This document shows, piece after piece, positions 52,383-62,305 of a stretch of 64,000 bases of DNA. The stretch is from contig OY764216.1 of NCBI GenBank assembly GCA_963668315.1, positions 1,344,001 to 1,408,000 on the forward strand. Reading direction: 5' to 3'. Below the pieces are notes generated by a model, which saw only the letters and a program-made list of their open reading frames with translations, did not search any database and was not told the origin of the DNA. Position numbers and translations under genes: made by a program. The stretch is from Spirochaetia bacterium (GTDB lineage: Bacteria; Spirochaetota; Spirochaetia; DSM-2461). Numbering within the stretch: position 1 is the stretch's first letter; each line of letters starts with the position of its first letter.

Positions 52383-52478
52383 GAAATAAAGAGAGCCTCT
52401 TTTTCGTAATTTTCCCTGCGGGCTCATGGAAATTCCCAATCAAGTGATTTACATTAGAATTATTCACAGGAGTCAAAA

Positions 52479-52976
52479 ATGAAAAAGATATTGATTATTT
52501 TTCTCGCCGCAGCTCTGGCGGCAGCCCCCGTTTTCGCCGCAGGACCGACCGAACAGGAAGTGGGCGATACCCTGGCCGGGGTTATGATGGTTTATGCCCT
52601 TGTTGTAATGGGCTCCATGTTCGGAGCCATGCCCGAAGGGGCCGACGTGGACCTGGATATGCAGACGGGAGAATCCTCCCTGATATGTGATGACCTTGAT
52701 GTGGAGCCTCTCATGTCTTCCCAGGCCGCCATGGGAATGACCGCCTCCATGAACGGCGATGATGATGTTCCCGAAATTCTCTTTTCCCGTATATCCGGTG
52801 AGATCTCCGCCAGCGGGGAAGGGAATATGCTCCTGGATGTCACTCTCAAAGGAGGTCCCGTCAAAAATCTCGTACTGGAAATGGAAGAAGAGACCATAAC
52901 GAAGTTCAAAGCCGATGGCAAGGACTACCTTTATCTGACCCATGATCCCGCATTTATGGAAATGATTGAAGAATAG
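52479..52976 (+). CDS. secreted acidic hypothetical protein
   Basis: AGGAG RBS; signal peptide ending PVFA. Confidence 0.65.
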   Translation: MKKILIIFLAAALAAAPVFAAGPTEQEVGDTLAGVMMVYALVVMGSMFGAMPEGADVDLDMQTGESSLICDDLDVEPLMSSQAAMGMTASMNGDDDVPEILFSRISGEISASGEGNMLLDVTLKGGPVKNLVLEMEEETITKFKADGKDYLYLTHDPAFMEMIEE

Positions 52977-52980
52977 AACT

Positions 52981-54036
52981 ATGAAATCATTATATGCTCT
53001 CGGCTCATACACCGACCGTCCGGGATTAAAAATGCCCGGGAAAGGAATATCACTGCTTGAACTGGACGAGGCGAAGGGTTCCCTAAGGGAAATCCACAGC
53101 TTCACCGGGGTTAAAAATCCGTCTTATCTCTGTTTTGACAGAAGGGAAAAGCTTTTGCTGGCCGCGACGGAAAATGATGAAAACAGAGGGGCCGTTACCA
53201 GTTTCCGCCTGTCCGGAAACCGGGCTCTTTCCCGGCTTTCCTTTATCGATGGGCCAGGGCGGGCGAACTGTCATGTTAATATGGACAGCACCTGCCGCCT
53301 TGTTTTCGCCGCTTCCTACGGGGAAGGGCGTCTGAAGGTCTACTCCCTGGAAGGGGGAAGGCTGATTGAGAATATTCTCGACCATAACTACGAAGGAAAG
53401 GGCCCCAACGAAGAGAGGCAGGAGCACTCCCATGCCCATCAGGCGGTTCTTTCCCCCGATGAGCGGTGGCTTTACGTGGCCGATCTGGGGAGCGACTGCC
53501 TCTGGATACACGATATGGATGACTTGAGTGCTCCTCCCCGGTCCGTTAAGACCCCCCCCGGGAAAGGTCCGAGGCACATGGTGTTCCACCGGGAGAGCCA
53601 AAGACTCTATGTTGTATGCGAGCTCATCCCCGCGCTGCTGGTTTTTGACTGGGACAGCCGGACGGGGAATCTGTCCCTCATCCAGGACGCGGCAACCGTC
53701 GAAGACGGTGACAATCCAAAGGCTCAGCCGTCGGCTGTCAAAATTCATCCTTCCGGAAAAACCGTAACCCTGGCGAACCGCTTCACTGACACGGTCACCG
53801 TTTTTGATATCAACGGGGAGAGCGGTCTTGTCGAGAACAGACTGATTTTTCCCGGACGGGGACTCATATGCCGGGACCTGGAGTTTTCTCCATCCGGGAA
53901 GTGGCTTCTCATGGCATACCAGGAGTCCTGCGATATACAGCTCTGCCCCTTTGATCAGGAAACGGGCCGCCCCGTCGTCGGCTGGGGAGAAGCCTTTGAG
54001 ACAGGAACGCCGACCTGTCTTGTCCCTCTGGACTGA
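52981..54036 (+). CDS. pgl: 6-phosphogluconolactonase-like beta-propeller lactonase
   Basis: GSYT, NPSYL, ERQEHSHAH, ADLGSD, GPRHMVFH, ANR. Confidence 0.82.
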   Translation: MKSLYALGSYTDRPGLKMPGKGISLLELDEAKGSLREIHSFTGVKNPSYLCFDRREKLLLAATENDENRGAVTSFRLSGNRALSRLSFIDGPGRANCHVNMDSTCRLVFAASYGEGRLKVYSLEGGRLIENILDHNYEGKGPNEERQEHSHAHQAVLSPDERWLYVADLGSDCLWIHDMDDLSAPPRSVKTPPGKGPRHMVFHRESQRLYVVCELIPALLVFDWDSRTGNLSLIQDAATVEDGDNPKAQPSAVKIHPSGKTVTLANRFTDTVTVFDINGESGLVENRLIFPGRGLICRDLEFSPSGKWLLMAYQESCDIQLCPFDQETGRPVVGWGEAFETGTPTCLVPLD

Positions 54037-54268
54037 TCTATATTCCCCCGTCAGAGGCGGGGGCCGTTCCTACATTTCGGGAAAGTAAAAAAAAGAAGAT
54101 TCCTACAAGCGGGAAGCTTTATTGCCTCTAATCGGCTGAAAAGGCTTTGATTCTCCGCTGGTATGCTCTTTGCATAACTATGTTCATATCAAAAAAGGGG
54201 CCGGCAGTTTTCAGCCATTTTCTGTCCGGCCCCTTGCATGGGATACAACATGCCAGAAGGAGTGCAAT

Positions 54269-54577
54269 ATGATTTTTCCCCCGAAGCCCTTAGGATTTGT
54301 TAAGCAGGGACTGGCAGAGATGGGGCAGGAAATGTCTTATGTATATGACGATCTCATCTTTCCCGAGCATACGGCTTATATCATTCAGTTCGGTAAGGAA
54401 AATTACGAGCTGAACATATACTTCAATACCGAGTGTCCCGAGAAAGAGTCGGCCGTTTTGAAAGAGGAACTGACCAATACCTTCGCCGGCTCTATCGGAT
54501 TCTCTCTGAACTTTCCCGGCCGTTTCACCCTGACCCCCAACGAAGAGTCGGAGGAGATGGAGATAGCTTTTACCTAG
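54269..54577 (+). CDS. small hypothetical protein
   Basis: AAGGAG RBS before ATG 54269; SYVYDDLIFPEH motif. Confidence 0.65.
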   Translation: MIFPPKPLGFVKQGLAEMGQEMSYVYDDLIFPEHTAYIIQFGKENYELNIYFNTECPEKESAVLKEELTNTFAGSIGFSLNFPGRFTLTPNEESEEMEIAFT

Positions 54578-54696
54578 TACTCCCTTCGGAACTGAAAAAA
54601 CAGGGGAAAATCCTGTAGCAATAATAGAAATAGTTCACTATTATTATCTGGAAATAATCGATACTGAAAATTATACTGATTATAAGGAGTTCCCCT

Positions 54697-55284
54697 ATGA
54701 AAAGATTATTAACGATTCTGTTCTCTCTGCTGTCCGTCCTGATCCTGTTTTCCTGCAAGTCAGACGGCGAGCCCCAGGCGGAACAGGAAGCGCGGGCTCT
54801 GTCCGTCGATGCGCCCCATTGGTTCCTCGTTCCTCCCCAGGCCAAGGATGCTATCTACGGCATTGGCGTCGCCACCTCTTCCGATCTGTCCCGGGCCAGA
54901 GACATGGCCTCCTCCCGGGCGCGTGCCGATATTGCCAAACAGCTCAGTGTCAGCGTAGAAACCATGCTGACCGATTACTTTCAGGAGGCCGGAACCGGAG
55001 ATGACTCCCAGGCCATCGAAATGATCGAGTCGATCACCAAGGAAGTCGCCGATGTGGATCTGAGGGGTGCCAAAACCATAGAAGCCTATGTCGCCGACGA
55101 CGGAAAGGTATATATACTGGCCGAATATTCCATGAATCAGTTTATTGAGGAACAGGTGGCTGAAGTATTCCAGAGAAACGAAAGCGCCGCCTTTGCCGAG
55201 TTCAAAGCCCAGCAGGCCCTGGACCGTCTGTCGGCGGAAGTGGAGAGCAATCCTCCCCGGTCCGATGCTAACGAGAGCGAATAG
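54697..55284 (+). CDS. LPP20-family lipoprotein
   Basis: LFSC lipobox; P.W..PP...IYGIG...A...AR..IA..L...V pattern. Confidence 0.8.
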   Translation: MKRLLTILFSLLSVLILFSCKSDGEPQAEQEARALSVDAPHWFLVPPQAKDAIYGIGVATSSDLSRARDMASSRARADIAKQLSVSVETMLTDYFQEAGTGDDSQAIEMIESITKEVADVDLRGAKTIEAYVADDGKVYILAEYSMNQFIEEQVAEVFQRNESAAFAEFKAQQALDRLSAEVESNPPRSDANESE

Positions 55285-56116
55285 GGGGTTCCCTGTCTAT
55301 TGGGCCGGTAAGGGGAGAGGGATCGTCCCCGCTCTCCTCTTTCTCGCTTTTCTCTTATCCTGCCGGTCGGCCCCTTCCCCTGCGGAAGATGCCCCGGGTG
55401 AGGGCCCTGATGCTGTTGAGGAGCTTTCCGATGCGTCCTTACTGCCCTCATGGATCATTGACAGCTCTCCTGTGAACGGCCGGCCCGTATTCGTTGTCTT
55501 CACGGGCAATTTGTACTCCGACGACGATGAAATGGAGGCGGCCCTCATGGCGGCTGCCGGGGAAGCGGTCAGATATCTGGGGGCCTATGTCAATGCGAAG
55601 GAGCTGAGCCAGGAGGGCAATACCACCCTGGGTTATGCTTCGGATATACGAATCGATTACCCCGAAGAGAGAGCCGCCGATTATAAGGACATGCTGGAGC
55701 TGGACCGGGTGGCCCGGTACAAATCCGCCACTATCGCCCGATTTCTTTTTACGGGGAAATCATCGTCTCTGCAGATTTTCTCCGGGGGTAAACCGCCCTC
55801 CTGGATCGTGTCGCCTCCCGCCGTGGAGGGGTATGTTTTCGCCGTGGGAGCGGCAAAATCCCACAGCACCTGGGAAAAATCTTTTGAAGCCTCCGATGAG
55901 AAAGCTATTGCTCAGCTGGCCTATGCCCTTTTTGGAAAAGTGGGAAACCAGAAAAATCTGCTTGACCGGGAGAGCTCCTCTACGGGCAGTACCTACTCCC
56001 TGGAAACGGTATATATGAGAGGAGAAGGAATTCTCCGGGAGCTTCTGATTGCCGGGCGCTGGGTCGATGAGGGAGAAACTCTCTTCTATTCCCTGGCCGC
56101 TGCCCCGCTTCAATAG
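55265..56116 (+). CDS. lipoprotein with two LPP20-like modules
   Basis: LLSC lipobox; PSWII and PPSWIVSPP..GYVFAVG..A...A..QLA. Start uncertain. Confidence 0.65.
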   Translation: MLTRANRGFPVYWAGKGRGIVPALLFLAFLLSCRSAPSPAEDAPGEGPDAVEELSDASLLPSWIIDSSPVNGRPVFVVFTGNLYSDDDEMEAALMAAAGEAVRYLGAYVNAKELSQEGNTTLGYASDIRIDYPEERAADYKDMLELDRVARYKSATIARFLFTGKSSSLQIFSGGKPPSWIVSPPAVEGYVFAVGAAKSHSTWEKSFEASDEKAIAQLAYALFGKVGNQKNLLDRESSSTGSTYSLETVYMRGEGILRELLIAGRWVDEGETLFYSLAAAPLQ

Positions 56117-56223
56117 GCTGATATTTCCCAGAATCTTCTCTTCTTTACCCTCTTACCGCTGGAAGAAGAGGACTACTGTGTATAGTATTAGTTCTATACC
56201 TGTAAAATAATTCTGGGGATTTC

Positions 56224-57507
56224 ATGAAATATTTAACATATCCGGCCATCATATTCAGCGTGTCTCTTCTTTTTTCCTGTTCCTCCGATTCCGGGGCTTC
56301 GGCTTCCCGTGAGAGTGATTCATCCGCAGCGGTAGCACAGGCATCTCCCGGCTGGATACTGCATCCCCCCAGGGAGAAGGATTATATTTTCGGAATCGGC
56401 TGTGACCCCGATCCGGAACTGGCGAAGCAGCGCTCCCTGATAAATGCGGGGCAGCAGATGGGATCCCGAATTCAGACGAGCCTTGAGGAGTATGTCCGCG
56501 AGGGGGAAGGCGCGTCGGAGAGCCTTGTGACGTCCTTCCAGACCGAGGTTACCGATCAGAGTCTTAAAGGGGCCAAATTCGTCGATCAGTACTGCGATGA
56601 TCTGGGAACCTACTGGGTACTCTCCCGCGCCCCCCTCTCCTGTACGCTGGATATGGCGGAATCGATGCTTCTGAGTTATCAGCTTGAACTGTCCGTGGAT
56701 AAGGCGGCGGTGAATCGGATTCTTGACAGGGCTTCAGAAGAGCTGGCCGTCCAGGAAGCTTACTATCGGGAAGAATTGAAGGATGACGAGGTCGGAGCTC
56801 TGGTTCTCGAATCGGGGGCCGCCCGCCTGTTTGTCTATCCTGAGTATCAGTTTCCCATGAGCTGGGAAGAAGCCGCTCACCGGGCCGGGACTCTTTCGGC
56901 TTACGGTTATTCCGACTGGCGTCTCCCCACAAGAACGGAACTGGATATTCTGATCGAACACAGGGAAAGCCTGCCCGGTTTTCGAAGCGACTGGTACTGG
57001 ACGGCCCATAATCTGGACAGCCGTTTCAGTATCGTGAAAAGTCTGAAGAACGGAAAGGATAAAATGTACAGTAAGGAGAGTACCCAGAGTTTCTATATGG
57101 TCCGCAGCGATGATTTCCCCTACACCATGATACCCCGTACGACCGGGAGGGAAGGGGAGAAGGCAACCCTGTCGGGAGCCTATGTCTTCAGCAGCGGGGA
57201 TATGGATCTCTATATCTCGGAATATCACAGCCCCGTCACCTGGGCCGATGCAAAGGCCGCCTGCGACAGTCTGACTTCCTTCGGGTTCGACGACTGGAGG
57301 CTTCCGACGGAAGAGGAGATGCTGCTTCTCTTTCAGCATGAAGATTCCCTGACCGATTTCCGCTATGACTGGTATTGGACCTCGGATGAGAAGAACCGGC
57401 GAAAGGCCCTAATCCTCAATATGGCCAGCGGGAAAAGCAGTTATTACAAAAAGAAAAGCGCCCAGAGCTTCTATGCCGTAAGGACAGAAACCCGGGCTGG
57501 TAACTAG
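56224..57507 (+). CDS. lipoprotein: LPP20-like domain plus two DUF1566 (Lcl-type) domains
   Basis: LFSC; PGWILHPP..YIFGIG; W.EA...C/A..L...G.SDWRLPT..E...WYWT present twice. Confidence 0.75.
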   Translation: MKYLTYPAIIFSVSLLFSCSSDSGASASRESDSSAAVAQASPGWILHPPREKDYIFGIGCDPDPELAKQRSLINAGQQMGSRIQTSLEEYVREGEGASESLVTSFQTEVTDQSLKGAKFVDQYCDDLGTYWVLSRAPLSCTLDMAESMLLSYQLELSVDKAAVNRILDRASEELAVQEAYYREELKDDEVGALVLESGAARLFVYPEYQFPMSWEEAAHRAGTLSAYGYSDWRLPTRTELDILIEHRESLPGFRSDWYWTAHNLDSRFSIVKSLKNGKDKMYSKESTQSFYMVRSDDFPYTMIPRTTGREGEKATLSGAYVFSSGDMDLYISEYHSPVTWADAKAACDSLTSFGFDDWRLPTEEEMLLLFQHEDSLTDFRYDWYWTSDEKNRRKALILNMASGKSSYYKKKSAQSFYAVRTETRAGN

Positions 57508-58559
57508 ATCTTCAGCGCTTCCTGTCGTTTGTAGTGGTCCTCAAGAACCAGCGCCGCCATGGCTTCCACCACAGGGACCATACGGGGACACAGACAGGGA
57601 TCGTGCCTTCCTCGGGTCACGATATCCCGTTCCTGCCCTTCCTTGTCTATCGTTTTCTGGGGCGCCTCGATGGAGGACGTCGGCTTTACCGCGATACGGA
57701 ACACAATCTCCTCTCCGGTGGAGATTCCCCCCAGGGTTCCTCCGGCATTGTTGGTCTGGAAACCGTCCTTGTCCATCCAGTCGTTATGTTCCGTTCCCAG
57801 CATATCCACGCAGCCGAAACCCGAACCGAACTCCACGCCCTTCACGCCGCCCAGGGAAAGAACCGCTTTCCCCAGATCGGCTTCCAGTTTATCGAAAACC
57901 GGTTCGCCCAGTCCGGGGGGAAGGCCGTTGATGCGGCACTCCACCATTCCTCCCGTACTGTTACCCTCTTCGGCCAGCTGAACGATTCGCTCGTACATCT
58001 TCGCCGCGGCTTCCCTGTCGGGACAGCGCATGGGATTCTTTTCTATCTGGTCCAGGTCGATTGTTTCGCAGCCGAAACCGGCGGCCCGCAGGGTATAGGC
58101 GGTAATGGTCACCCCCCGCTGTGAAAGGAGTTTTCTGGCTATGGCCCCGGCGGCCACCCGTCCGGCCGTCTCCCGGCCCGAGGCCCTTCCCGAACCCCGG
58201 TGATCCCGGATGGCGTATTTTTTCAGGTAGGTAAAATCCGCATGGCCCGGGCGGAACATATTCACAATGTCATCGTAGGCGCTGGGCTGCTGGTCCTTAT
58301 TGTGGAGGAGCATCATCAGAGGCGTCCCCGTCGTTTTCCCCTCGTAGACACCGCTCAGGATATGTACTTCGTCGGTTTCCTTGCGGGGGGTCGTAACGGC
58401 GGACTGCCCCGGTTTTCTCCGGTCCAGCTCTTTCTGTATATCCGCCTCGTTCAGCTCGAGCAGAGGAGGGACCCCGTCGACAATGACGCCGACGCCGCCT
58501 CCATGGGATTCTCCGAATGTGGTGATTCTGAATAACTGTCCGAAACTATTGCCTGCCAT
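57504..58559 (-). CDS. aroC: chorismate synthase
   Basis: MAGNSFG..FRITTFGESHG, RPGHAD, RASGRET, NNAGGTLGGIS, KPTSSI, GRHDPC. Confidence 0.96.
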   Translation of the reverse strand: MAGNSFGQLFRITTFGESHGGGVGVIVDGVPPLLELNEADIQKELDRRKPGQSAVTTPRKETDEVHILSGVYEGKTTGTPLMMLLHNKDQQPSAYDDIVNMFRPGHADFTYLKKYAIRDHRGSGRASGRETAGRVAAGAIARKLLSQRGVTITAYTLRAAGFGCETIDLDQIEKNPMRCPDREAAAKMYERIVQLAEEGNSTGGMVECRINGLPPGLGEPVFDKLEADLGKAVLSLGGVKGVEFGSGFGCVDMLGTEHNDWMDKDGFQTNNAGGTLGGISTGEEIVFRIAVKPTSSIEAPQKTIDKEGQERDIVTRGRHDPCLCPRMVPVVEAMAALVLEDHYKRQEALKI

Positions 58560-58787
58560 GGGGGCCTCCTCTGGTCGCATCGGCTGGGCGGCAGCATCAT
58601 CTTCCGGCCTGCCTGCCGTCATTTTCCGTAGAAACAGGGTAGCCGGATGGGCTTTGATGGTCAAGGGCGAAAGGGAGAGGGGAGAAATATCCGTCAAAAA
58701 CATAGATGGGTCTACGCAGTTTTCCCGATAGGTATTATACTGGGGATAATCGCAGGATGTATTCCCGGGAAAAGAGAGGAGGAACCA

Positions 58788-59204
58788 TTGGGAGAAACGA
58801 TACGCTTCGGGGTATCCATGGACAGCGACCTGGTTGAACTTCTTGACAGACTGACCCTGGACCAGGGGCATGAAAACCGTTCTGAAACAATTCGGTCTCT
58901 GGTGAGGAATGAGCTGGTGGAGACCGGTTCTCAGGATCCCGACAGGGAAGTCATAGGCACGGTTACTCTTCTTTACCACTACGGAACCAGGCTGCCCCGG
59001 GTCCTTGTGAAGGATTATCCGTCGGTAAAAATTTCTGCCAATATCCAGCTTCACGAGGATCATGAAATCTGTGTGAAAGTCATGGTGGTAAAAGGGAAGG
59101 GGGGCGAGGTCCGCGACTGGGCTCGGAAGCTTCTTTCCGGAAAGAAGATCATCGGGGAACTTTCCATCAGCGCCACAGAGGAACTGTACAGGGAACTGTT
59201 GTAG
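58788..59204 (+). CDS. nikR: NikR-like ribbon-helix-helix regulator with divergent metal site
   Basis: GGAGG RBS then TTG; RFGVSMD..L...LD......NRSETIR.L.R; GTVTLLY; H....C..V.VVKG. Confidence 0.75.
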   Translation: MGETIRFGVSMDSDLVELLDRLTLDQGHENRSETIRSLVRNELVETGSQDPDREVIGTVTLLYHYGTRLPRVLVKDYPSVKISANIQLHEDHEICVKVMVVKGKGGEVRDWARKLLSGKKIIGELSISATEELYRELL

Positions 59205-59227
59205 GGCATGTGACAAGAGCCACCGTA

Positions 59228-59292
59228 TTGACCTTAGAAATAAAAGGTTTTATTCTATTTTGATGTGACACGAAAAAATTAAAACGTGTCAC
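59228..59292 (+). promoter_or_regulatory. promoter and NikR-type operator of the metal ABC importer
   Basis: TTGACC(59228)-17-TATTCT(59251), then GTGACA-N16-TGTCAC (59265-59292; arms extend to GTGACACG/CGTGTCAC). Confidence 0.8.
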
Positions 59293-59329
59293 CCTTTTTG
59301 ACAGGTCGATTATAACAGGAGACATCAGA

Positions 59330-60475
59330 TTGAATACGTATCATGACAGAAGGGCTTTCCGCCCGAGAGCTGCGGCTCTGATCTTAGGTTTTATGATCCT
59401 CATCAGTTCCCAGGGCCTTTTTTCCATGGCCCGGGAAGAGGCATTCGAGACAGACTCATCCTTCACTGTCACCGACATGAGGGGAAGGGAAATCACGGTT
59501 CCGGGAGAAATCAGTCGCGTCATAGCCCTGGATGCCGGTGCTCTGAGGCTGATCAGCTACCTCGACGCCACAGATAAGGTCATCGCCGTGGAAGATGAGG
59601 GTCACGGACGGGAAATCTCTGATTACGGATTTTTCTCCCTGGCAACCTACCGTATCGCCTTTCCCGAACTGCGTGAACTTCCCAGTATCGGCAATAAGGA
59701 GAACCATGAGGGAATCATTGCGGCAGCGCCTGATCTCATTATCACTTCCACCGTGGATCCGGGGCAGCTGGATCAGCTTCAGAACGTTCTGGGGATTCCC
59801 GTTTTTGCCGTTAATGTCGATGTGGAACTCTTTGATAGGGAACTCTTCAATTTTCAGCTGACAAAACTCGGACAGATTCTGGGACGGCAGGATAGGGCAA
59901 AGGAGCTAATCGACGGAATCGATGCTGTTCTTGCCGATCTGGAAGCCCGTGCCTCCCTAGCGTCCGTGGCGAAACGGGCTTATGCCGGAGGAATGATGTT
60001 CTACGGCCCCGCCGATATTCTCAGGACGACGGGAGATTATCTTCCCTTTGATTTCAGCGGCGCCGAAAATGTCATGCCCACCAACCCTGTGGGAAACCTT
60101 CAGCCCTATATGACATCCGTGGAGGACCTGATCGCGGCCGCTCCCGACTATGTGTTTATCGATGGGGCGAACATGAACCTTTCCCGCTCCGGGTTTGAAA
60201 CGAACCGCAAAGTGCTGGAAGAGCAGGTTCCCGCCTTTGAGAATCAGCAGGTCTACTCCACTTTCGTATACAAATATTACGGGACAAACTGGGAAAATCA
60301 GCTTATCAATGCCTTTTTTGTCGGAAAAGTGCTCTATCCCGATTTGTATGGCGATATTGTCGTCGAAGACAAGGCCGAGGAAATCTGGCAGCTCTTTTTC
60401 GGAAGATCCCTGACCTATGATCAGGTGGTTCAGGCTCAGAAGGGCGGACCTGAAAAGGTTGACTGGTTTAACTGA
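59330..60475 (+). CDS. metal-chelate ABC substrate-binding protein (FepB/BtuF fold)
   Basis: TVTDMRGREITVP..ISRVIAL, LPSIG, APDLII, GKVLYPD. Confidence 0.87.
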   Translation: MNTYHDRRAFRPRAAALILGFMILISSQGLFSMAREEAFETDSSFTVTDMRGREITVPGEISRVIALDAGALRLISYLDATDKVIAVEDEGHGREISDYGFFSLATYRIAFPELRELPSIGNKENHEGIIAAAPDLIITSTVDPGQLDQLQNVLGIPVFAVNVDVELFDRELFNFQLTKLGQILGRQDRAKELIDGIDAVLADLEARASLASVAKRAYAGGMMFYGPADILRTTGDYLPFDFSGAENVMPTNPVGNLQPYMTSVEDLIAAAPDYVFIDGANMNLSRSGFETNRKVLEEQVPAFENQQVYSTFVYKYYGTNWENQLINAFFVGKVLYPDLYGDIVVEDKAEEIWQLFFGRSLTYDQVVQAQKGGPEKVDWFN

Positions 60476-60477
60476 TT

Positions 60478-61539
60478 ATGAATCATGGTGCTGTCGATCC
60501 TCTTTTCCATCTATACCGCTTAGAGAGAAGAAGCCGGGGAATATTCCTGGCCATAGCAGGGGGCGTTCTTCTGCTGCTGGTCCTTTTTTCCCTGTCGGCA
60601 GGCACCATAAGGATTCCTTTCAAGGATGTGCTCTCCTACCTTTTCAGGCTGGATGCCGCCGGACAGGGCCGTATCATATGGGACGTCAGGATGCCTCGGG
60701 TTCTGGCCGCACTCCTTGTCGGCGCGGGGCTGTCCCTGTCCGGAACTGTAATGCAGTCCGTACTGCGCAATCCCCTGGCCTCTCCCTATACCCTGGGACT
60801 CTCCAGCGCCGCCGCCTTCGGTGCATCCTTTGCCATCGTCTTTTTCGGCGCGGGAACGGGCACTTCCTCCACGATCATCATCAGCAGTTCCTTCACCGTG
60901 GCCGCTTCGGCTTTTCTCTTCTGCTCCCTGTCCACGCTGGCCATTCTCCTGCTTACCGTACTGACAAAGATATCCGCCGAAAGCATGGTCCTGGCCGGTA
61001 TTGCCATCGGGTCGCTCTTTTCCGCCGGCCTTACCCTTATGCAGTATCTGGCCGACAGCGTGCAGCTGGCCAGCATCGTCTCCTGGACGTTCGGGGATCT
61101 GGGCCGGGCCAACTGGCAATTCCTGGCCATAACTGCGGTAGTCCTGATTCCCGTCTGCCTTCTTTTCTACTATTTCCGCTGGGATTTCAATGCCCTGGAC
61201 ACAGGTGAGGACGCGGCCCGGGGGCTGGGCGTGAAGACGGGAGCCCTGCGCATCGGAGGAATGGCCGCCGCCTCTCTTATCTCGGCTGTGATCGTCTCCT
61301 TCTTCGGGACCATCGCATTCATCGGACTTCTGGGCCCCCATATCGCCCGAAGGATTCTGGGCGCCGATCACCGCTTCCTCCTGATCTCCTCCCCCCTCAT
61401 CGGAGCCCTGATACTTCTGGCCGCCGATACGGCCGCCCGGACGGTTCTTACCCCTATGGTCCTGCCCGTGGGAATTCTGACCTCCCTCTGCGGTGGCCCT
61501 CTGTTCATCTATCTTCTTGTCGCAAGGAGGAGGGGATGA
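60478..61539 (+). CDS. FecCD/BtuC-family permease
   Basis: RMPRVLAA, RNPLASPYTLG, GEDAARGLGV, FIGLLGPHIAR, LPVG. Confidence 0.92.
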   Translation: MNHGAVDPLFHLYRLERRSRGIFLAIAGGVLLLLVLFSLSAGTIRIPFKDVLSYLFRLDAAGQGRIIWDVRMPRVLAALLVGAGLSLSGTVMQSVLRNPLASPYTLGLSSAAAFGASFAIVFFGAGTGTSSTIIISSSFTVAASAFLFCSLSTLAILLLTVLTKISAESMVLAGIAIGSLFSAGLTLMQYLADSVQLASIVSWTFGDLGRANWQFLAITAVVLIPVCLLFYYFRWDFNALDTGEDAARGLGVKTGALRIGGMAAASLISAVIVSFFGTIAFIGLLGPHIARRILGADHRFLLISSPLIGALILLAADTAARTVLTPMVLPVGILTSLCGGPLFIYLLVARRRG

Positions 61540-62288
61540 TTCTTTCTGTTCAGGGACTGCAATTCCAGTATAAAAGTCATCCCGTCATCAAGGAGGCTTC
61601 CTTCTGTGTGAAGGAAGGGGAGATCCTTACCATTCTGGGGCCGAACGGCGCCGGAAAAACAACTCTCCTCAAGTGCCTGAACCGGATTCTGATTCCCCGG
61701 GGCGGATCGGTTCTTATAGACGGAACGGATATCCACTCCCTGAGGCCGGTCCAGATCGCCCGCAGAATAGGCTGGGTTCCCCAGCAGGGCGAAAAAACCC
61801 GTATGAAAGTTTACGATCTGATTCTTCTGGGAAGAAAACCCTATTTCCGCTGGGCTCCGGGGAAAAGGGATCACCTGCTGGTGGAAGAAGCCATCAAGCT
61901 GATGGGTATTGAATCTCTGGCCATGCGTTACGCCGATGAAATAAGCGGAGGGGAGTTTCAGCTGGTGCAGATTGTCAGGGCCATGGCTCAGGCGCCCCGG
62001 GTCATTCTTTTTGATGAACCGACCAGCAGCCTGGATATCAGCAACCAGCATCGTCTAATGTCCCGTATCAGTCCCCTCATTCACTCAAGCCCCATGTCGG
62101 CGGTAATGACCCTTCACGATATCAATCTGGCCCTGCGTTATTCCGATAAATTTCTCCTCCTCCGGGACGGTATCGTCTATGCGGCGGGGGGCCGGGAGAT
62201 TATCACTCCGCAAAATATCCTCAAGGTATACGACATGGATGTCCTGGTGGAAGAAGCCGGCGGATATCCCGTCGTCATTCCTCTCTGA
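61536..62288 (+). CDS. ABC ATP-binding protein (FepC/BtuD type)
   Basis: GPNGAGKTT, ISGGEFQ, FDEPTSSLD, LHDINLA. Confidence 0.92.
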   Translation: MILSVQGLQFQYKSHPVIKEASFCVKEGEILTILGPNGAGKTTLLKCLNRILIPRGGSVLIDGTDIHSLRPVQIARRIGWVPQQGEKTRMKVYDLILLGRKPYFRWAPGKRDHLLVEEAIKLMGIESLAMRYADEISGGEFQLVQIVRAMAQAPRVILFDEPTSSLDISNQHRLMSRISPLIHSSPMSAVMTLHDINLALRYSDKFLLLRDGIVYAAGGREIITPQNILKVYDMDVLVEEAGGYPVVIPL

Positions 62289-62305
62289 CCGGTCGGATTT
62301 CTCCC

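Noticed and set aside
56850..57507. Possible diversity-generating retroelement target (DUF1566 repeats)
   Set aside because: No reverse transcriptase or near-identical template repeat in the window; the two copies differ at all base types, not only adenines.
58560..59216. Apparent 218-aa N-terminal extension of AroC
   Set aside because: Canonical MAGNSFG start with a GGAGG RBS at 58559; the extension overlaps the nikR-like gene on the other strand.
59205..59330. Cobalamin riboswitch before the BtuF/FepB-like importer
   Set aside because: The leader is too short, has no B12-box, and is explained by the promoter plus NikR-type dyad.
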